DNA of 64,000 nt from Dehalococcoidia bacterium (GTDB lineage: Bacteria > Chloroflexota > Dehalococcoidia > UBA2979). The notes beneath the pieces are model-generated. The model worked only from the letters and a program-made list of their open reading frames with translations, had not been told where the DNA came from and searched no databases. Shown here piece after piece: positions 18,677 to 29,769 of the stretch; position 1 is the stretch's first letter, and each line of letters begins with the position of its first letter. The position numbers were made by a program, and so were the translations under genes. Location: the NCBI GenBank assembly GCA_965249675.1, contig OZ252250.1, forward strand, positions 300,941 through 364,940, in the 5' to 3' direction.

Positions 18677-18693
18677 TTAATCGCGCTTTAACG
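18677..18693 (+). promoter_or_regulatory. Candidate Pho box: TTAATC-N5-TTAACG direct repeat with 11-bp periodicity
   Basis: Hexamers at 18677-18682 and 18688-18693, about 75-90 bp upstream of the pstS start. They resemble PhoP/PhoB-type direct repeats. Only two units, so support is weak. Confidence 0.3.
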
Positions 18694-18766
18694 ACCGCCG
18701 TCCATCCTGAAGGGGAGCAAGAGGGAATCGACGAGACGATTTCGGGACGAGGAGGTACTGAGACCG

Positions 18767-19741
<975 letters not shown>

Positions 19742-19790
19742 TGGGGCAGCCGGGCGGTGGCCCGGCTCGCTCAGTGAGGAGTCCGGGCTG

Positions 19791-20738
19791 GTGGTGAATC
19801 CTCCGCTGCCTGCTCGGTTCGCCCCTCGTCCGGCGTCAAGGTTCACGCGGCGCCGGACGAGGCACATCTTCGAACAGCTGATCGGCGTCGCCCTCTTCGC
19901 GTGCGCCGCCGTCACCGTCGTGACGACGGTCGGCATCGTCGCCATCCTGCTGGCCGAGGGGCTGTCCTTCTTCCGTGAGGTCAACCCGATCGACTTCTTC
20001 ACCGGGACACGCTGGACGCCGCTCTACAGTTCGGCCGGCTTCGGCGTCCTGCCGCTGGTCAGCGGGACGCTCCTGATTGCGGTCGGCGCCTCGCTGGTCT
20101 CCTTGCCGATCGGCTCTCTCGCCGCCATCTACCTCGCCGAATACGCCGCGCCGGCGACTCGCAACGTGCTGAAGCCGATCCTCGAGGTGCTGGCAGGTGT
20201 CCCGACCATCGTCTACGGCTACTTCGCCCTGACCTGGGTGACGCCGCTCCTGCAGGCCACGATCTTCCCCGAGCTCGGCATCTTCAACGCGCTCTCGGCG
20301 ATGATCGTCGTCGGGATCATGACGATCCCGATGGTCTCCTCGATCTCAGACGATTCGCTGCGGGCGGTGCCGGCATCGCTCCGCGAGGCGGCCTACGCCG
20401 TCGGAGCGACCAAGTTCGAGGTCGTCACCCGCGTCACCTTCCCGGCGGCCCTGAGCGGCATCGTCGCCTCCTACATCCTCGCGATCTCGCGCGCCGTCGG
20501 GGAGACGATGGCCGTCACCCTGGCAGCGGGAGCGACCCCGCGCATCACCGCCGACCCGCTCGAGTCGGTGCAGACGATGACGGCATACATCGTCCAGGTC
20601 TCACTCGGCGAGCAACCCCACGGGACGACTGCGTTCCGCACGATCTTCGCCGTCGCCCTGACGCTCTTCGCGATCACGCTCGTGATGAACGTCATCAGCG
20701 ACCGCGTCGTCTCCAGGTTCCGGGAGCGCTACGAATGA
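19791..20738 (+). CDS. pstC: Phosphate ABC transporter permease PstC
   Basis: 315 aa multi-TM protein with the EAA-type loop [16 protein letters not shown]. Confidence 0.9.
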   Translation: MVNPPLPARFAPRPASRFTRRRTRHIFEQLIGVALFACAAVTVVTTVGIVAILLAEGLSFFREVNPIDFFTGTRWTPLYSSAGFGVLPLVSGTLLIAVGASLVSLPIGSLAAIYLAEYAAPATRNVLKPILEVLAGVPTIVYGYFALTWVTPLLQATIFPELGIFNALSAMIVVGIMTIPMVSSISDDSLRAVPASLREAAYAVGATKFEVVTRVTFPAALSGIVASYILAISRAVGETMAVTLAAGATPRITADPLESVQTMTAYIVQVSLGEQPHGTTAFRTIFAVALTLFAITLVMNVISDRVVSRFRERYE

Positions 20739-21682
20739 GCGGCCCGCCAGAGACCTCTCACCTGGCCCCGAACCGCCAACTGTTCGCGGTCCGGCTGCAG
20801 CGCCGGCACGCCGTCGGGCGGGTCTTCCAGCTGATCGCACTGGCCGGCAGCCTGGTCGGGATCCTGATGCTCGGCATCCTGCTCGTCGAGGTCTGGCGGG
20901 ACGGCATCGTCTTCCTGCGCTGGGAGTTCCTTGAGAATTTCCCCTCGCGCTTCCCCGAGCGGGCCGGTTTCAAGTCGGCCTTCTGGGGGTCGCTCTGGGT
21001 GATCACGACGACCGCGGTCGTCTCCTTCCCGGTCGGCGTGGCGGCCGCCGTCTACCTCGAGGAGTACGCCCCGAAGAACCGGATCACGAGCCTCCTCCAG
21101 ACCAACATCTCTAACCTCGCCGGCGTCCCCTCGATCGTCTACGGCCTGCTCGGGCTGCAGCTCTTCGTGCGTGGCACGCTCGGCACCGGCCCGACGCTCG
21201 ACGACGTTGGGCTGGGGGCGCTCGGCCGATCGGTGCTGGCCGGCGGGCTGACCCTGGCACTACTCGTGCTGCCGGTCGTGATCGTCACCGCGCAGGAGGC
21301 CCTCAAGGCGGTACCGCCGTCGCTGCGCGAGGCCTCCTACGGGGTCGGCGCCACCCGCTGGCAGACCGTCAGCCAGCACGTCCTGCCGGAGGCGATGCCG
21401 GGGATCATGACGGGTGCGATCCTCGCCATCTCGCGCGCGATCGGGGAGACGGCCCCCCTGATCGCGATCGGCGCCCTGACCTTCGTCGCCTTCACGCCGC
21501 AGAGTCCGCTCGACAGCTTCACCGTGATGCCGATCCAGATCTACAACTGGGCCTCCAGGCCTCAGCACGACTTCCAGGACCTGGCCGCCACCGGGATCAT
21601 CGTGCTGCTGATGACGCTACTGACGATGAACGCGATCGCCGTCTTCATGCGCCATCGATTCGCCCGTGGTCGCGGGCGGTAG
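20735..21682 (+). CDS. pstA: Phosphate ABC transporter permease PstA
   Basis: 315 aa. Its start overlaps the pstC stop (ATGA). [17 protein letters not shown] loop. Confidence 0.9.
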   Translation: MSGPPETSHLAPNRQLFAVRLQRRHAVGRVFQLIALAGSLVGILMLGILLVEVWRDGIVFLRWEFLENFPSRFPERAGFKSAFWGSLWVITTTAVVSFPVGVAAAVYLEEYAPKNRITSLLQTNISNLAGVPSIVYGLLGLQLFVRGTLGTGPTLDDVGLGALGRSVLAGGLTLALLVLPVVIVTAQEALKAVPPSLREASYGVGATRWQTVSQHVLPEAMPGIMTGAILAISRAIGETAPLIAIGALTFVAFTPQSPLDSFTVMPIQIYNWASRPQHDFQDLAATGIIVLLMTLLTMNAIAVFMRHRFARGRGR

Positions 21683-21690
21683 GGGGTATA

Positions 21691-22626
21691 TTGATGTTCG
21701 TTCGCCGAAGAGCCGACGGGGGCACGAAGGTGGTTGATGAGCCGGCGATGGGCCAGACCCCAGCGCAACCTGCCGACCTCACTGCGACCCAGCCGGTAAC
21801 GGCCGCGGGGCCCCTTCCCCGATCGAGTGTCGCGCCCCGGCCACCCGAGCCCGAGGTGATCGAGGATGCCGTCGTCGAGATCCGGGATCTCTCGCTCTGG
21901 TACGGAGCCAAGCAGGCCCTCGGCGCCATCTCGCTCGACGTACCGCGCCACCAGATCACGGCGCTGATCGGCCCCTCGGGCTGCGGCAAAAGCACGCTCC
22001 TACGCTGCATCAACCGCATGAACGACCTGATTCCCCGCGTCCGCATCAGCGGTCAGGTGCGGATCGACGGGGAGAGCCTCTACCGCCCCAATGTCGACCC
22101 GGTGGAGGTCAGGCGGGTCGTCGGCATGGTCTTCCAGAAGCCCAACCCTTTCCCCAAGAGCATCTACGAGAACGTCGCATTCGGCGCCCGCGTCAACGGC
22201 TACCGGGGAGACATGGACGAACTCGTGCAGCGCTCCCTGGAACAGGCCGCACTGTGGGACGAGGTCAAGGACAAGCTCAAGGACTCGGGGCTCGAGCTCT
22301 CAGGCGGGCAGCAACAGCGACTCTGTATCGCGCGCGCGATCGCCGTCCAGCCGGAAGTGATCCTGATGGACGAGCCCTGCTCGGCGCTGGATCCGATCGC
22401 CACCCAGCGGATCGAGGACCTGATCCGCGAGCTCGCCTCCGACTACACGATCGTGATCGTTACCCACAACATGCAGCAGGCCGCCAGGGTCTCCGACCGC
22501 ACGGCCTTCATGCTCGCCCGCGAGGACCTGGTCGGGCGTCTGATCGAGTACGGGCCGACCGACAGTGTCTTCCTCAGCCCGCAGGACCGTCGCACCGAGG
22601 ACTACCTGACCGGGCGATTCGGCTAG
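21691..22626 (+). CDS. pstB: Phosphate ABC transporter ATP-binding protein PstB (N-terminal extension; the true start may be an internal ATG near 21748)
   Basis: [35 protein letters not shown] and the PstB-typical C-terminus YLTGRFG. Confidence 0.9.
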   Translation: MMFVRRRADGGTKVVDEPAMGQTPAQPADLTATQPVTAAGPLPRSSVAPRPPEPEVIEDAVVEIRDLSLWYGAKQALGAISLDVPRHQITALIGPSGCGKSTLLRCINRMNDLIPRVRISGQVRIDGESLYRPNVDPVEVRRVVGMVFQKPNPFPKSIYENVAFGARVNGYRGDMDELVQRSLEQAALWDEVKDKLKDSGLELSGGQQQRLCIARAIAVQPEVILMDEPCSALDPIATQRIEDLIRELASDYTIVIVTHNMQQAARVSDRTAFMLAREDLVGRLIEYGPTDSVFLSPQDRRTEDYLTGRFG

Positions 22627-23175
22627 CGGCCCCGGCGAGCCGCCACCGACCTCAGCAGGGCTTGCATCAGTCGGTCACCTCGTCCAAACGGCCCGAGCTC
22701 ATCGAGTGCAGCCTCCACGGACGTGCGCTGCTCCTGCGGCACGCGACTCGCCCATCGGTCGATCTGTCGCTTCTTCCACTCTGTACAAGCGCACCGGGTG
22801 CGAACGAACTCGCAGCAGGCCGCACGTGACATTTGACCAGAAGCAACGCCGAGCGCCATCGCCTTCACTTCGTCGTCGCTCGCAATCAGCGATGCACCGT
22901 TGACCAGCAGGAACGTCTCCATCGCGGCAACAGCGAGTCGCTTGTTCCCGTCGACCTACGGGTACCCGCGATTGAGGTGCCAGTGGAGTGCCCCGGCCTT
23001 GTCCTGGAGATGTCGGTGGTTTGCTTGCCTGGGGACGGCGAGGGCACCGAGGAGCCTGTTGTGTCCATCGGTGCCCAGGAGCTGGAAGGCAGGGGCCCCC
23101 TGGGTAAAGTTGGTACGTGAGTTCCTCTACGATCGACTTGCTGTGGTTCTCGCCGAGCTAGAAAAGCCTTGCCAC
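22623..23175 (-). pseudogene. doc: Doc (death-on-curing, Fic-fold) toxin remnant with an in-frame TAG and at least one frameshift
   Basis: Minus-strand reading gives ...GHNRLLGALAVPRQ...DKAGALHWHLNRGYP*VDGNKRLAVAAMETFLLVNGASL.... TAG at 22956-22958 sits inside the HxFxDGNKR motif. The N-terminal VEELTYQL segment is in another frame, and no credible start codon was found. Confidence 0.7.
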
Positions 23176-23181
23176 GTCGGG

Positions 23182-23439
23182 CTAGTGCTTCTCGAGTTCC
23201 CGTAGCACCTTTTGGCGACGACGGATCACCTCGCGTGCGGCAACACGGACACGCTCATCCACGCGACTGCGCGTGCGCTTGAAGGGGCGTACCTGTCCGC
23301 TCCTGCGTTCCTGGTCTCGCTCTGTCGTCTTGGTCTCGGGTACCGTACTACTCTCTCGCGACGCTGGCGGGAGCCGATCCAGCCGGACCGTATCTGGCGG
23401 GACAGGGTACCGCAAGCGCTGTCTTGCCATCGCACGCAC
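23182..23439 (-). CDS. Possible AbrB/MazE-type antitoxin partner of doc (may itself be degenerate)
   Basis: 85-aa ORF ending 7 nt upstream of the doc remnant. The C-terminus DERVRVAAREVIRRRQKVLRELEK resembles antitoxin C-terminal helices. The N-terminal DNA-binding part is ambiguous between two frames. Confidence 0.3.
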   Translation of the reverse strand: MRAMARQRLRYPVPPDTVRLDRLPPASRESSTVPETKTTERDQERRSGQVRPFKRTRSRVDERVRVAAREVIRRRQKVLRELEKH

Positions 23440-23653
23440 GTTGGACGTACCGCGTAGATCATGTCCGGTCGTCCTCCATTTTCGGGGACTCGATGGCCTG
23501 GCGCCGGAGGCGCCCCTTGGTGCCCGGTCCCGACCGTCCAGTGCTCGTCTTCAAGGCTTCCGGACGAACATCACTGCAGCGGGCACGCCTGTCAGGATCT
23601 GCCGCCGACGCTCGTGCGCGAGCCTTCGCTCCGGCGAGTCGTTCTGGACGTCC

Positions 23654-24469
23654 CTACCGGCGCAGTGCCTCAGAGAACTCGCCGTCGGCCACCAGCACGG
23701 GCTGTCTCCAGCCGGCGAGCGCCGCGGGCTCGAAACGGTCGAGGGGCTCCCAGCCGTTCCCGCCCCTGGTCCAGATCTCGCGTCCCGATGCCGGGACGAG
23801 CACGGCGCTCGCGGCCACATCCCAGACGTGCGGGTCGGGGTTTCGGGCGGCCGCCAGCACGCCGGCCGCGACCAGGGCGCCCTCGAGGGCCGTCGAGCCG
23901 AGGGAGCGAAGCTCCCAGCTCGGCCCACGCTGCTGGTGACCCATCGGCGTCGCCACGATGCGCCGCTGGCGGCCGTGGCTCGCGCGCCCGCCCGGGTCCA
24001 GCGGCTCACCGTCAAAGGAGAGGACCCCGCCTCGGTGGGCGTGATAGACGCCGGGCCGCAGCGTATGCGTCGCTGCCCCCCAGACGGCCGCCGCGATCGG
24101 CGTCCCGTCGTGGAGCACCGCGATCGAGGAGCTGTAGAAGGGGAGGCCGTTGACGAAGTTCTGGGTGCCGTCGATCGGGTCGACCGCCCAGACGTAGCCC
24201 TGGCCGCCCTGGAACGACCACGCGCTCTCCTCGCCGAGGAACCCGTGATCGGGAAAGGCCTCGCGTACCCGGCGGGCGACCAGCGCCTCGACCTGGTGGT
24301 CGATGTCTGAGACCGGATCGACGGGCGCCGACCCGCCCTTCTGCTCGTCCTTGTAGCTGACGGTGATGGCGCCGCTCAGCGCCCGGACGATCGCGGCGCC
24401 CGCCTCAGAGGCGATCGCCAGAGCGGCCTGCTCCAGCGCAGCCGGATCGAGCTCGCCCCGGTCGGGCAT
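23654..24469 (-). CDS. Inositol monophosphatase family protein (SuhB/ImpA/HisN-like)
   Basis: ORF trimmed to ATG 24469 (MPDRGELD). FLGEE, WAVDPIDGTQNF and WDVAA motifs are present. Confidence 0.85.
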   Translation of the reverse strand: MPDRGELDPAALEQAALAIASEAGAAIVRALSGAITVSYKDEQKGGSAPVDPVSDIDHQVEALVARRVREAFPDHGFLGEESAWSFQGGQGYVWAVDPIDGTQNFVNGLPFYSSSIAVLHDGTPIAAAVWGAATHTLRPGVYHAHRGGVLSFDGEPLDPGGRASHGRQRRIVATPMGHQQRGPSWELRSLGSTALEGALVAAGVLAAARNPDPHVWDVAASAVLVPASGREIWTRGGNGWEPLDRFEPAALAGWRQPVLVADGEFSEALRR

Positions 24470-24536
24470 CACGGGCAGCCGGCCGGCGCCGGGCTGCTCC
24501 GGCGCTGCCCGCAGGTGAGACCTGTCGGATCCGGCC

Positions 24537-26567
24537 TCACGCCGTGACCGGAGCGCGCTCCGCCTCGAGGACGTCGAAGAGGGAGCCGAGGAGCTGGGCC
24601 AGGTCGAAGTCCTGCGGCGTGAAGACCTGCCGGACGCCGAGGCGGGTGAGCACCGGGACATCGTCCGGCGGGATGATGCCGCCGACGATGACCCGGATCT
24701 CATCGCTCGCCCCGGCCAGCCGCAGACACTCCATGGTCTGCTCGGCCAGCTCCAGGTGGGAACCGCTCAGGACCGAGATCCCGATCAGATCCGCCCCCTC
24801 GTCGATCGCCGACTGAACGACCTCCTCGGGGGTCAGCCGGATCCCGGCATAGACGACCTCGAAACCGGCGTCGCGGGCGGCCAGCGCGATCACCTCGGCG
24901 CCGTTGGAGTGGCCGTCGAGGCCGGGCTTGCCGAGCACAATCCGCGGGCGCCGGCCGACGCGGGCGGCGAAGTCATCGGAGCGCCGGCGCAGCGCCTCCA
25001 TCTCAGCGGAACCGAGTCCGAGGTGCTGACCCTCAATCCCGGTGGGCGGGCGGTACTCGCCGAAGGCCTGCCTGAGTGCATCGCTCCATTCACCCGTGGT
25101 GACCCTGGCGAGCGCGCACTCGATCGAGGCCTCCATCAGGTTCTCGCCACTGCGAGCCTCGCGGCCGAGTCGGTCCAGCGCCGCCCGAACGCGAGCGGGG
25201 TCGCGCTGGCGCCTGGTCTCCTCGAGCCGGCTCCTGGTGTAGCGCACCTCTTCCGGGTCGACCCGGAAGATCCCGCCCTGCTCGCCGCCGACCAGCGGCG
25301 AGGGGAGCGAGTCGGTCCAGCGATTGACGCCGACCACCACCCGCTCACCGGAGTTGATGGCGCTCACCCGATCCGCCATCGAGCGCACGAGCTGCGATTT
25401 CATGTAGCCGGACTCGACGGCCGGGCGGATGCCGCCCTGATCGAGGATGCGGTCGATCTCGAGGCGCGCCAGACGCTTCAGATCGGCGACCTTCGACTCC
25501 ACCACAGGCGACCCGTCGAAGAGATCGGGGTACTCCAGGAGATCGCTCTCGTAGGCCAGGATCTGCTGCAGCCGCAGCGCCCACTGCTGATCCCACGGCC
25601 TGGGAAGCCCGAGCGCCTCGTTCCAGGCCGGCAGCTGCAGCGCCCGGCAGCGGGCGTTCCGGCTGAGGGTGACACCGAGCGTCTCGAGCAGGATCCGCCA
25701 GGCGTTGTTCTCTGGCTGCTGCTCGGTCAGGCCGAGAGAATTGACCTGCACGCCGTAGCGGAAGCGGCGGAAGCGCGGGTTCTCGACGCCGTAGCGCTCG
25801 GTCGTAATCTCGTCCCAGAGCTCGGTGAAGGCGCGCATCTTCGACATCTCTTCGACGAAGCGGATGCCTGAGTTCACGAAGAAGCTGATCCGTCCGACCA
25901 GCGCCTCGAAACGCTCGGGCGAGACCTGGCCGCGCTCGCGGATCAGGTCGAGCGTGCCGATCGCGTTGGCCAGCGCGAAGGCCAGCTCCTGCGCCGGTGA
26001 CGCGCCGGCCTCCTGCAGGTGGTAGGAGCAGATGTTGGAGGGGTTCCAGCGCGGGATCGCGTCTAGGCAGTACTCGTACATCTCGGCGATCAGCCGCAGG
26101 CTCGCCTCCGGCGGGAAGATGTAGGTTCCGCGCGCCAGGTACTCCTTGACGATGTCGTTCTGCGTCGTGCCCTGCAGCTTGCCCGGGTCCTCACCCCGCT
26201 CCTGCGCGAGCGCGATATAGAGCGCCAGCATCCACATCGCGGTCGCGTTGATCGTCATCGACGTGTTCATCTGCTCGAGCGGGATGCCCTCGAACAGGAC
26301 GTGGAAGTCATCGAGGCTGTTGACCGGGACGCCGACCTTGCCGACCTCCGGTCTGGCCAGTGGGTGGTCGGACGAGTAGCCGGTCTGGGTCGGCAGGTCG
26401 AAGGCGATCGAGAGCCCGACCTGGCCGGCGCCGAGGTTCGCCCGGTAGAGCTCATTCGAGGCCCGCGCGCTGGTGTGGCCGGCATAGGTGCGGAAGATCC
26501 AGGGGCGATCCGCGGTCGGTGAGTCATCGCCGTCGTAGAGCAGATGCGCCTGTCGCTCTTCGCCCAT
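24537..26567 (-). CDS. Adenosylcobalamin-dependent acyl-CoA mutase, fused substrate and B12-binding domains (MeaA/ethylmalonyl-CoA mutase-like)
   Basis: ORF trimmed to ATG 26567. RTYAGHTSARASNELYRANLGAGQVGLSIAFDLPTQTGY and NTSMTINATAMW mark the mutase barrel. The C-terminal GKPGLDGHSNGAEV carries the DxHxxG B12-binding motif. Confidence 0.9.
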   Translation of the reverse strand: MGEERQAHLLYDGDDSPTADRPWIFRTYAGHTSARASNELYRANLGAGQVGLSIAFDLPTQTGYSSDHPLARPEVGKVGVPVNSLDDFHVLFEGIPLEQMNTSMTINATAMWMLALYIALAQERGEDPGKLQGTTQNDIVKEYLARGTYIFPPEASLRLIAEMYEYCLDAIPRWNPSNICSYHLQEAGASPAQELAFALANAIGTLDLIRERGQVSPERFEALVGRISFFVNSGIRFVEEMSKMRAFTELWDEITTERYGVENPRFRRFRYGVQVNSLGLTEQQPENNAWRILLETLGVTLSRNARCRALQLPAWNEALGLPRPWDQQWALRLQQILAYESDLLEYPDLFDGSPVVESKVADLKRLARLEIDRILDQGGIRPAVESGYMKSQLVRSMADRVSAINSGERVVVGVNRWTDSLPSPLVGGEQGGIFRVDPEEVRYTRSRLEETRRQRDPARVRAALDRLGREARSGENLMEASIECALARVTTGEWSDALRQAFGEYRPPTGIEGQHLGLGSAEMEALRRRSDDFAARVGRRPRIVLGKPGLDGHSNGAEVIALAARDAGFEVVYAGIRLTPEEVVQSAIDEGADLIGISVLSGSHLELAEQTMECLRLAGASDEIRVIVGGIIPPDDVPVLTRLGVRQVFTPQDFDLAQLLGSLFDVLEAERAPVTA

Positions 26568-26749
26568 CCCACACCCCTCTCGATCGCAGGCTCGCTCACC
26601 GGCGGTCCGGACGATCATACCGGTGGCGAGCGGGAGAGCCGACCTCCGCGCCGAGGCGCCGGCCCGGGCCGGCGCGCCCGGGCGTGAGCGCCCGGGCGTG
26701 GGCGGGCTGCCGTCACCGCTCGCGGCGGAGCACGGCTCAGGGAGCCTCG

Positions 26750-27553
26750 CTAGTCGCCCGCAGCGGGAGGAGTCTGGAGCATCGGGACGATGATCGGCCT
26801 GTCGTGAGCGGGGTGACGGAGGACGGTCACGCCCGGGCCGTAGAGGCGGTCCACCTGCTCGGGGGTGATCACCTCATCGGGCCGTCCACTGGCGATCACA
26901 CGTCCCTCGGCAAGCAGCACGATGCGATCGCAGGTGGCCGCCGCCAGCGTCAGGTCGTGGAAGACCACGAGCACCCCGTGGCCGTGGCGGGCGAGCTCGC
27001 GCACAAGGCTGCCGATCTCCGCGGCGGCTCCGGCATCGAGGTTGGCGGTCGGCTCGTCGAGCAGCAGGAGCGGGGCCTGCTGGGCGAGGCCGCGGGCGAT
27101 GAAGGCGCGGCGGCGTTCACCGCCTGAGAGGGTCGACAGCAGGCGATCGGCGAGTGGCAGGCAGCCGGCGCGGCTCATCGCCGCGGTCGCCAGCTGCCGA
27201 TCGGCGGCCGTCTCCCAGTCGAACCAGCCCTGGTGCGGGTGGCGACCGAGCAGGACCAGCTCCCCGACTCGCATCGTCGGCGGCGCCTCGGGGAGCTGCT
27301 GCACGACAGCCACCCGCCGGGCAAGCTCGCGGCGTCCGAGCCGCTCCCGCGCGAGCCCGGCGATGGCGATCGAGCCGCTTGAGTCCTGGACGCCCGTGAT
27401 CGCCCGCAGCACCGTGCTCTTGCCGGCACCGTTGGGGCCGACCAGCCCGACCACCTCGCCGGCCCCGACCGTAAGCGAAATCCCCGACACGATCTGGCGA
27501 CCGGCTCTCACCACCCCGACCTGGCGCACCTCGAGGAGCAGCTCGCCGCTCAT
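26750..27553 (-). CDS. Iron-siderophore/cobalamin-type ABC transporter ATP-binding protein (BtuD/FepC-like)
   Basis: Starts MSGELLLEVRQV at 27553. GPNGAGKST, LSGGERRR and LLLLDEPTANLD motifs. The longer 696-aa track ORF is a read-through artefact. Confidence 0.9.
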   Translation of the reverse strand: MSGELLLEVRQVGVVRAGRQIVSGISLTVGAGEVVGLVGPNGAGKSTVLRAITGVQDSSGSIAIAGLARERLGRRELARRVAVVQQLPEAPPTMRVGELVLLGRHPHQGWFDWETAADRQLATAAMSRAGCLPLADRLLSTLSGGERRRAFIARGLAQQAPLLLLDEPTANLDAGAAAEIGSLVRELARHGHGVLVVFHDLTLAAATCDRIVLLAEGRVIASGRPDEVITPEQVDRLYGPGVTVLRHPAHDRPIIVPMLQTPPAAGD

Positions 27554-28641
27554 CGGATCTCGTCCAACCGGCGCGTGCGCAGGAGGTAGAGGAAGAAGGG
27601 GCCACCCAGGAGCGCCGTGAGGACGCCGACCGGGAGTTCCTGGGGTGCGAGCAGCATCCGTGAGGCCAGGTCGACGACGATCAGGAAGGCCGCCCCGCCG
27701 ATCGCCGCCACGGGCAGGAGCCGAAGATGGTCCCAGCCGACCAGGAGGCGCGCGGCGTGAGGCACGATCAGGCCGACGAACCCGATGATGCCGGCAACGG
27801 CGACGGCGGCCGCCGCCATCAGCGAAGCGGCGGCCAGCACCAGCACCGTCGATCTCCTGACGTTGACGCCGAGCTGGGCGGCCTGCTCGGGATCCAGCTG
27901 GAAGACGTTGAGGATGCGCGCGTGCAGCGCGACCACGAGGCCGCCCACGAGGATGTAGGGAGCGGCAGCCCAGATACGCAGCCATGAGACGGTGTTGAAG
28001 CCGCCGAAGACGAAGCTGAGCACCGGCTGTACGCGATTGCCGCCGGTCAGGAGGATGAACGAGATGCCGGCGGAGAGCACGGCCGAGAGGGCGACGCCGG
28101 CCAGGATCAGGGTCGCGCCCCCGCTGCCGGGCGCCTGCCTGGCGAGCAGGTAGACCACCCCGACGGTCGCGATCGCGCCGACGAAGGCGGCCACCGGCAC
28201 CCAGCCGAAGCCGTAGGCGCTGCCCGGCAGGGGCGAGACGATCACCAGTGCCGCGCCGAAGCCGGCGCCCGAGGCGACGCCGAGCAGGAAGGGGTCGGCC
28301 AGGGGGTTGCGGAAGACCCCCTGGTAGGCGGCGCCGGAGGTCGAGAGGGCGGCGCCGACCAGAGTCGCCGCGACGACGCGGGGCAGGCGCACCTGGAAGA
28401 GGATCCGGTCCCAGGCCGCCGGGACATCCTGCTCCAGGGAGACGAGCGGCAGCCGGTCCCAGAGGAGGCCGAGCGCCACGCCCGGCGGGATATCGGCCGC
28501 TCCCTGCGTGAGCGCGGCGAGGGCGACGACCACGAGCAGGAGGCCGGCCCCGAGCGCCGGGGCGTGGCGGGCAACCCGTCCACGCGCCAGGCGCCAGAGG
28601 CTCGACGAGCCGGCCGGCCGGGCGCTGCTGCTCACCGTCAC
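27550..28641 (-). CDS. FecCD-family ABC permease (BtuC-like)
   Basis: 363 aa, about 9-10 TM segments. Its stop overlaps the ATPase start (ATGA). GAADIP..., RLPRVVAA and LLGGPFFLYLL signatures. Confidence 0.9.
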   Translation of the reverse strand: MTVSSSARPAGSSSLWRLARGRVARHAPALGAGLLLVVVALAALTQGAADIPPGVALGLLWDRLPLVSLEQDVPAAWDRILFQVRLPRVVAATLVGAALSTSGAAYQGVFRNPLADPFLLGVASGAGFGAALVIVSPLPGSAYGFGWVPVAAFVGAIATVGVVYLLARQAPGSGGATLILAGVALSAVLSAGISFILLTGGNRVQPVLSFVFGGFNTVSWLRIWAAAPYILVGGLVVALHARILNVFQLDPEQAAQLGVNVRRSTVLVLAAASLMAAAAVAVAGIIGFVGLIVPHAARLLVGWDHLRLLPVAAIGGAAFLIVVDLASRMLLAPQELPVGVLTALLGGPFFLYLLRTRRLDEIR

Positions 28642-28658
28642 GCCCCTGCCCGCCGCGG

Positions 28659-29759
28659 CTACGGGAACAGCTCTGGGTAGAGCAGTGCCGCGATCTCCTC
28701 GATGGCGTCGACGATACGCGGCCCCGGCCGATTGCCCGTGTCCGGGTCAACCGGGTAGACCCGTCCTTCGCGCACCGCCTGGACGGCGTCCCAGCCGGGC
28801 CGGGCGGCGACCGTCTCCAGGCTTTCGCCCCAGACCCCATCGGCGAGGAGGATCACCTCGGGATTGGAGTCAATCAGGGCTTCGGCGGTCAACTGCGGGA
28901 AGGGGGTGAGCGCTCCGGCCGCGATGTTCTGGGCCTTGAGCAGGGTCAGGGTGCCACCGATGAAGCTCTCAGGCGCCGCCGAATAGAGATCGGACGTCAG
29001 CTCGTAGAAGACGCGCGGCCCATCCTCGACGCCTGAGAGCCGCTCCGCAATGTAGGCAATCCTGGCCCTCATCTCGGCCGCGAGCTGCTCGGCGGCCGAG
29101 TCTTGCCCGGTCACCTGGCCGAGCAGGATGACGTTTTCGAGCACACCCTCAAGGCTCTCCGGTGCGCGGTTGAAGAGGACGGTCAGCCCGAGCGATCGGA
29201 AGTGCTCCACCGAGGGCTCGTGGGCGGTTGCGAGCAGCACCAGGTCGGGCTCAAGCGCGAGCACCTGCTCCGGATCGGGGTCGCGGTAGGCGACCCGCTC
29301 CAGCTGTTCGGTCTCGGGCGGGTAGTCGGAGAACTGGTCGGCACCGACCACCTGGTCGCCGGCGCCGATCGCGAAGAGGATCTCGGTCGCACCCGGCGAG
29401 AAGGAGATGATGCGGCCGGGCGGCCGCTCGAAGGAGAGCGTGAAGCCCTCGGAATCGGTGACGGTGACGGGCGTGGGTGCGGCCGCCGCCCTCTCCGTCG
29501 GGGCAACCGTCGGCGCAGCTGTGGGAGCGGCAGTCGCCGTCCCCGTCGGAGCGGCGGTGGGAGCAGTCGTCGGAGCAGCGGTGGCCGCCGCGGCCGCGAC
29601 CCGGGTCGCGAGCGGCGTGGCGGGGGCCGGCTCAGGTGGGCCGGCATCGTCCCCGTCTGAACAGGCGGCCACGAAGAGCAGCAGCGCCGCCACGAGCGGC
29701 GCGAACTTCGGCACGGCGGGCAGGCGTCGTGCGCGTCCGATTCGCAGATTGGTGATCAT
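28659..29759 (-). CDS. Periplasmic-binding-protein type (BtuF/FepB-like) ABC substrate-binding lipoprotein with an Ala/Pro/Thr linker
   Basis: ORF trimmed to ATG 29759 (MITNLRIGRARRLPAVPKFAPLVAALLLFVAAC lipobox). RIISFSPGATEILFAIGAGDQVVG is typical of cluster A-II binding proteins. It sits directly downstream of the riboswitch. Confidence 0.85.
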   Translation of the reverse strand: MITNLRIGRARRLPAVPKFAPLVAALLLFVAACSDGDDAGPPEPAPATPLATRVAAAAATAAPTTAPTAAPTGTATAAPTAAPTVAPTERAAAAPTPVTVTDSEGFTLSFERPPGRIISFSPGATEILFAIGAGDQVVGADQFSDYPPETEQLERVAYRDPDPEQVLALEPDLVLLATAHEPSVEHFRSLGLTVLFNRAPESLEGVLENVILLGQVTGQDSAAEQLAAEMRARIAYIAERLSGVEDGPRVFYELTSDLYSAAPESFIGGTLTLLKAQNIAAGALTPFPQLTAEALIDSNPEVILLADGVWGESLETVAARPGWDAVQAVREGRVYPVDPDTGNRPGPRIVDAIEEIAALLYPELFP

Positions 29760-29769
29760 CCCTCGTTCG

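Noticed and set aside
24537-27553. Co-transcription of the B12-dependent mutase with the riboswitch-controlled importer
   Set aside because: A 183-bp gap separates the ATPase stop from the mutase start, and B12 repression of a B12-dependent enzyme would be counterproductive. It is treated as a separate transcription unit pending data.
26750-28840. 696-aa ORF spanning the ABC ATPase and permease region
   Set aside because: Only the last 268 codons (from MSGELLLEV at 27553) are ABC-ATPase-like. The upstream part is an Arg/Gly/Pro-rich out-of-frame shadow of the FecCD permease gene, which has its own convincing frame.
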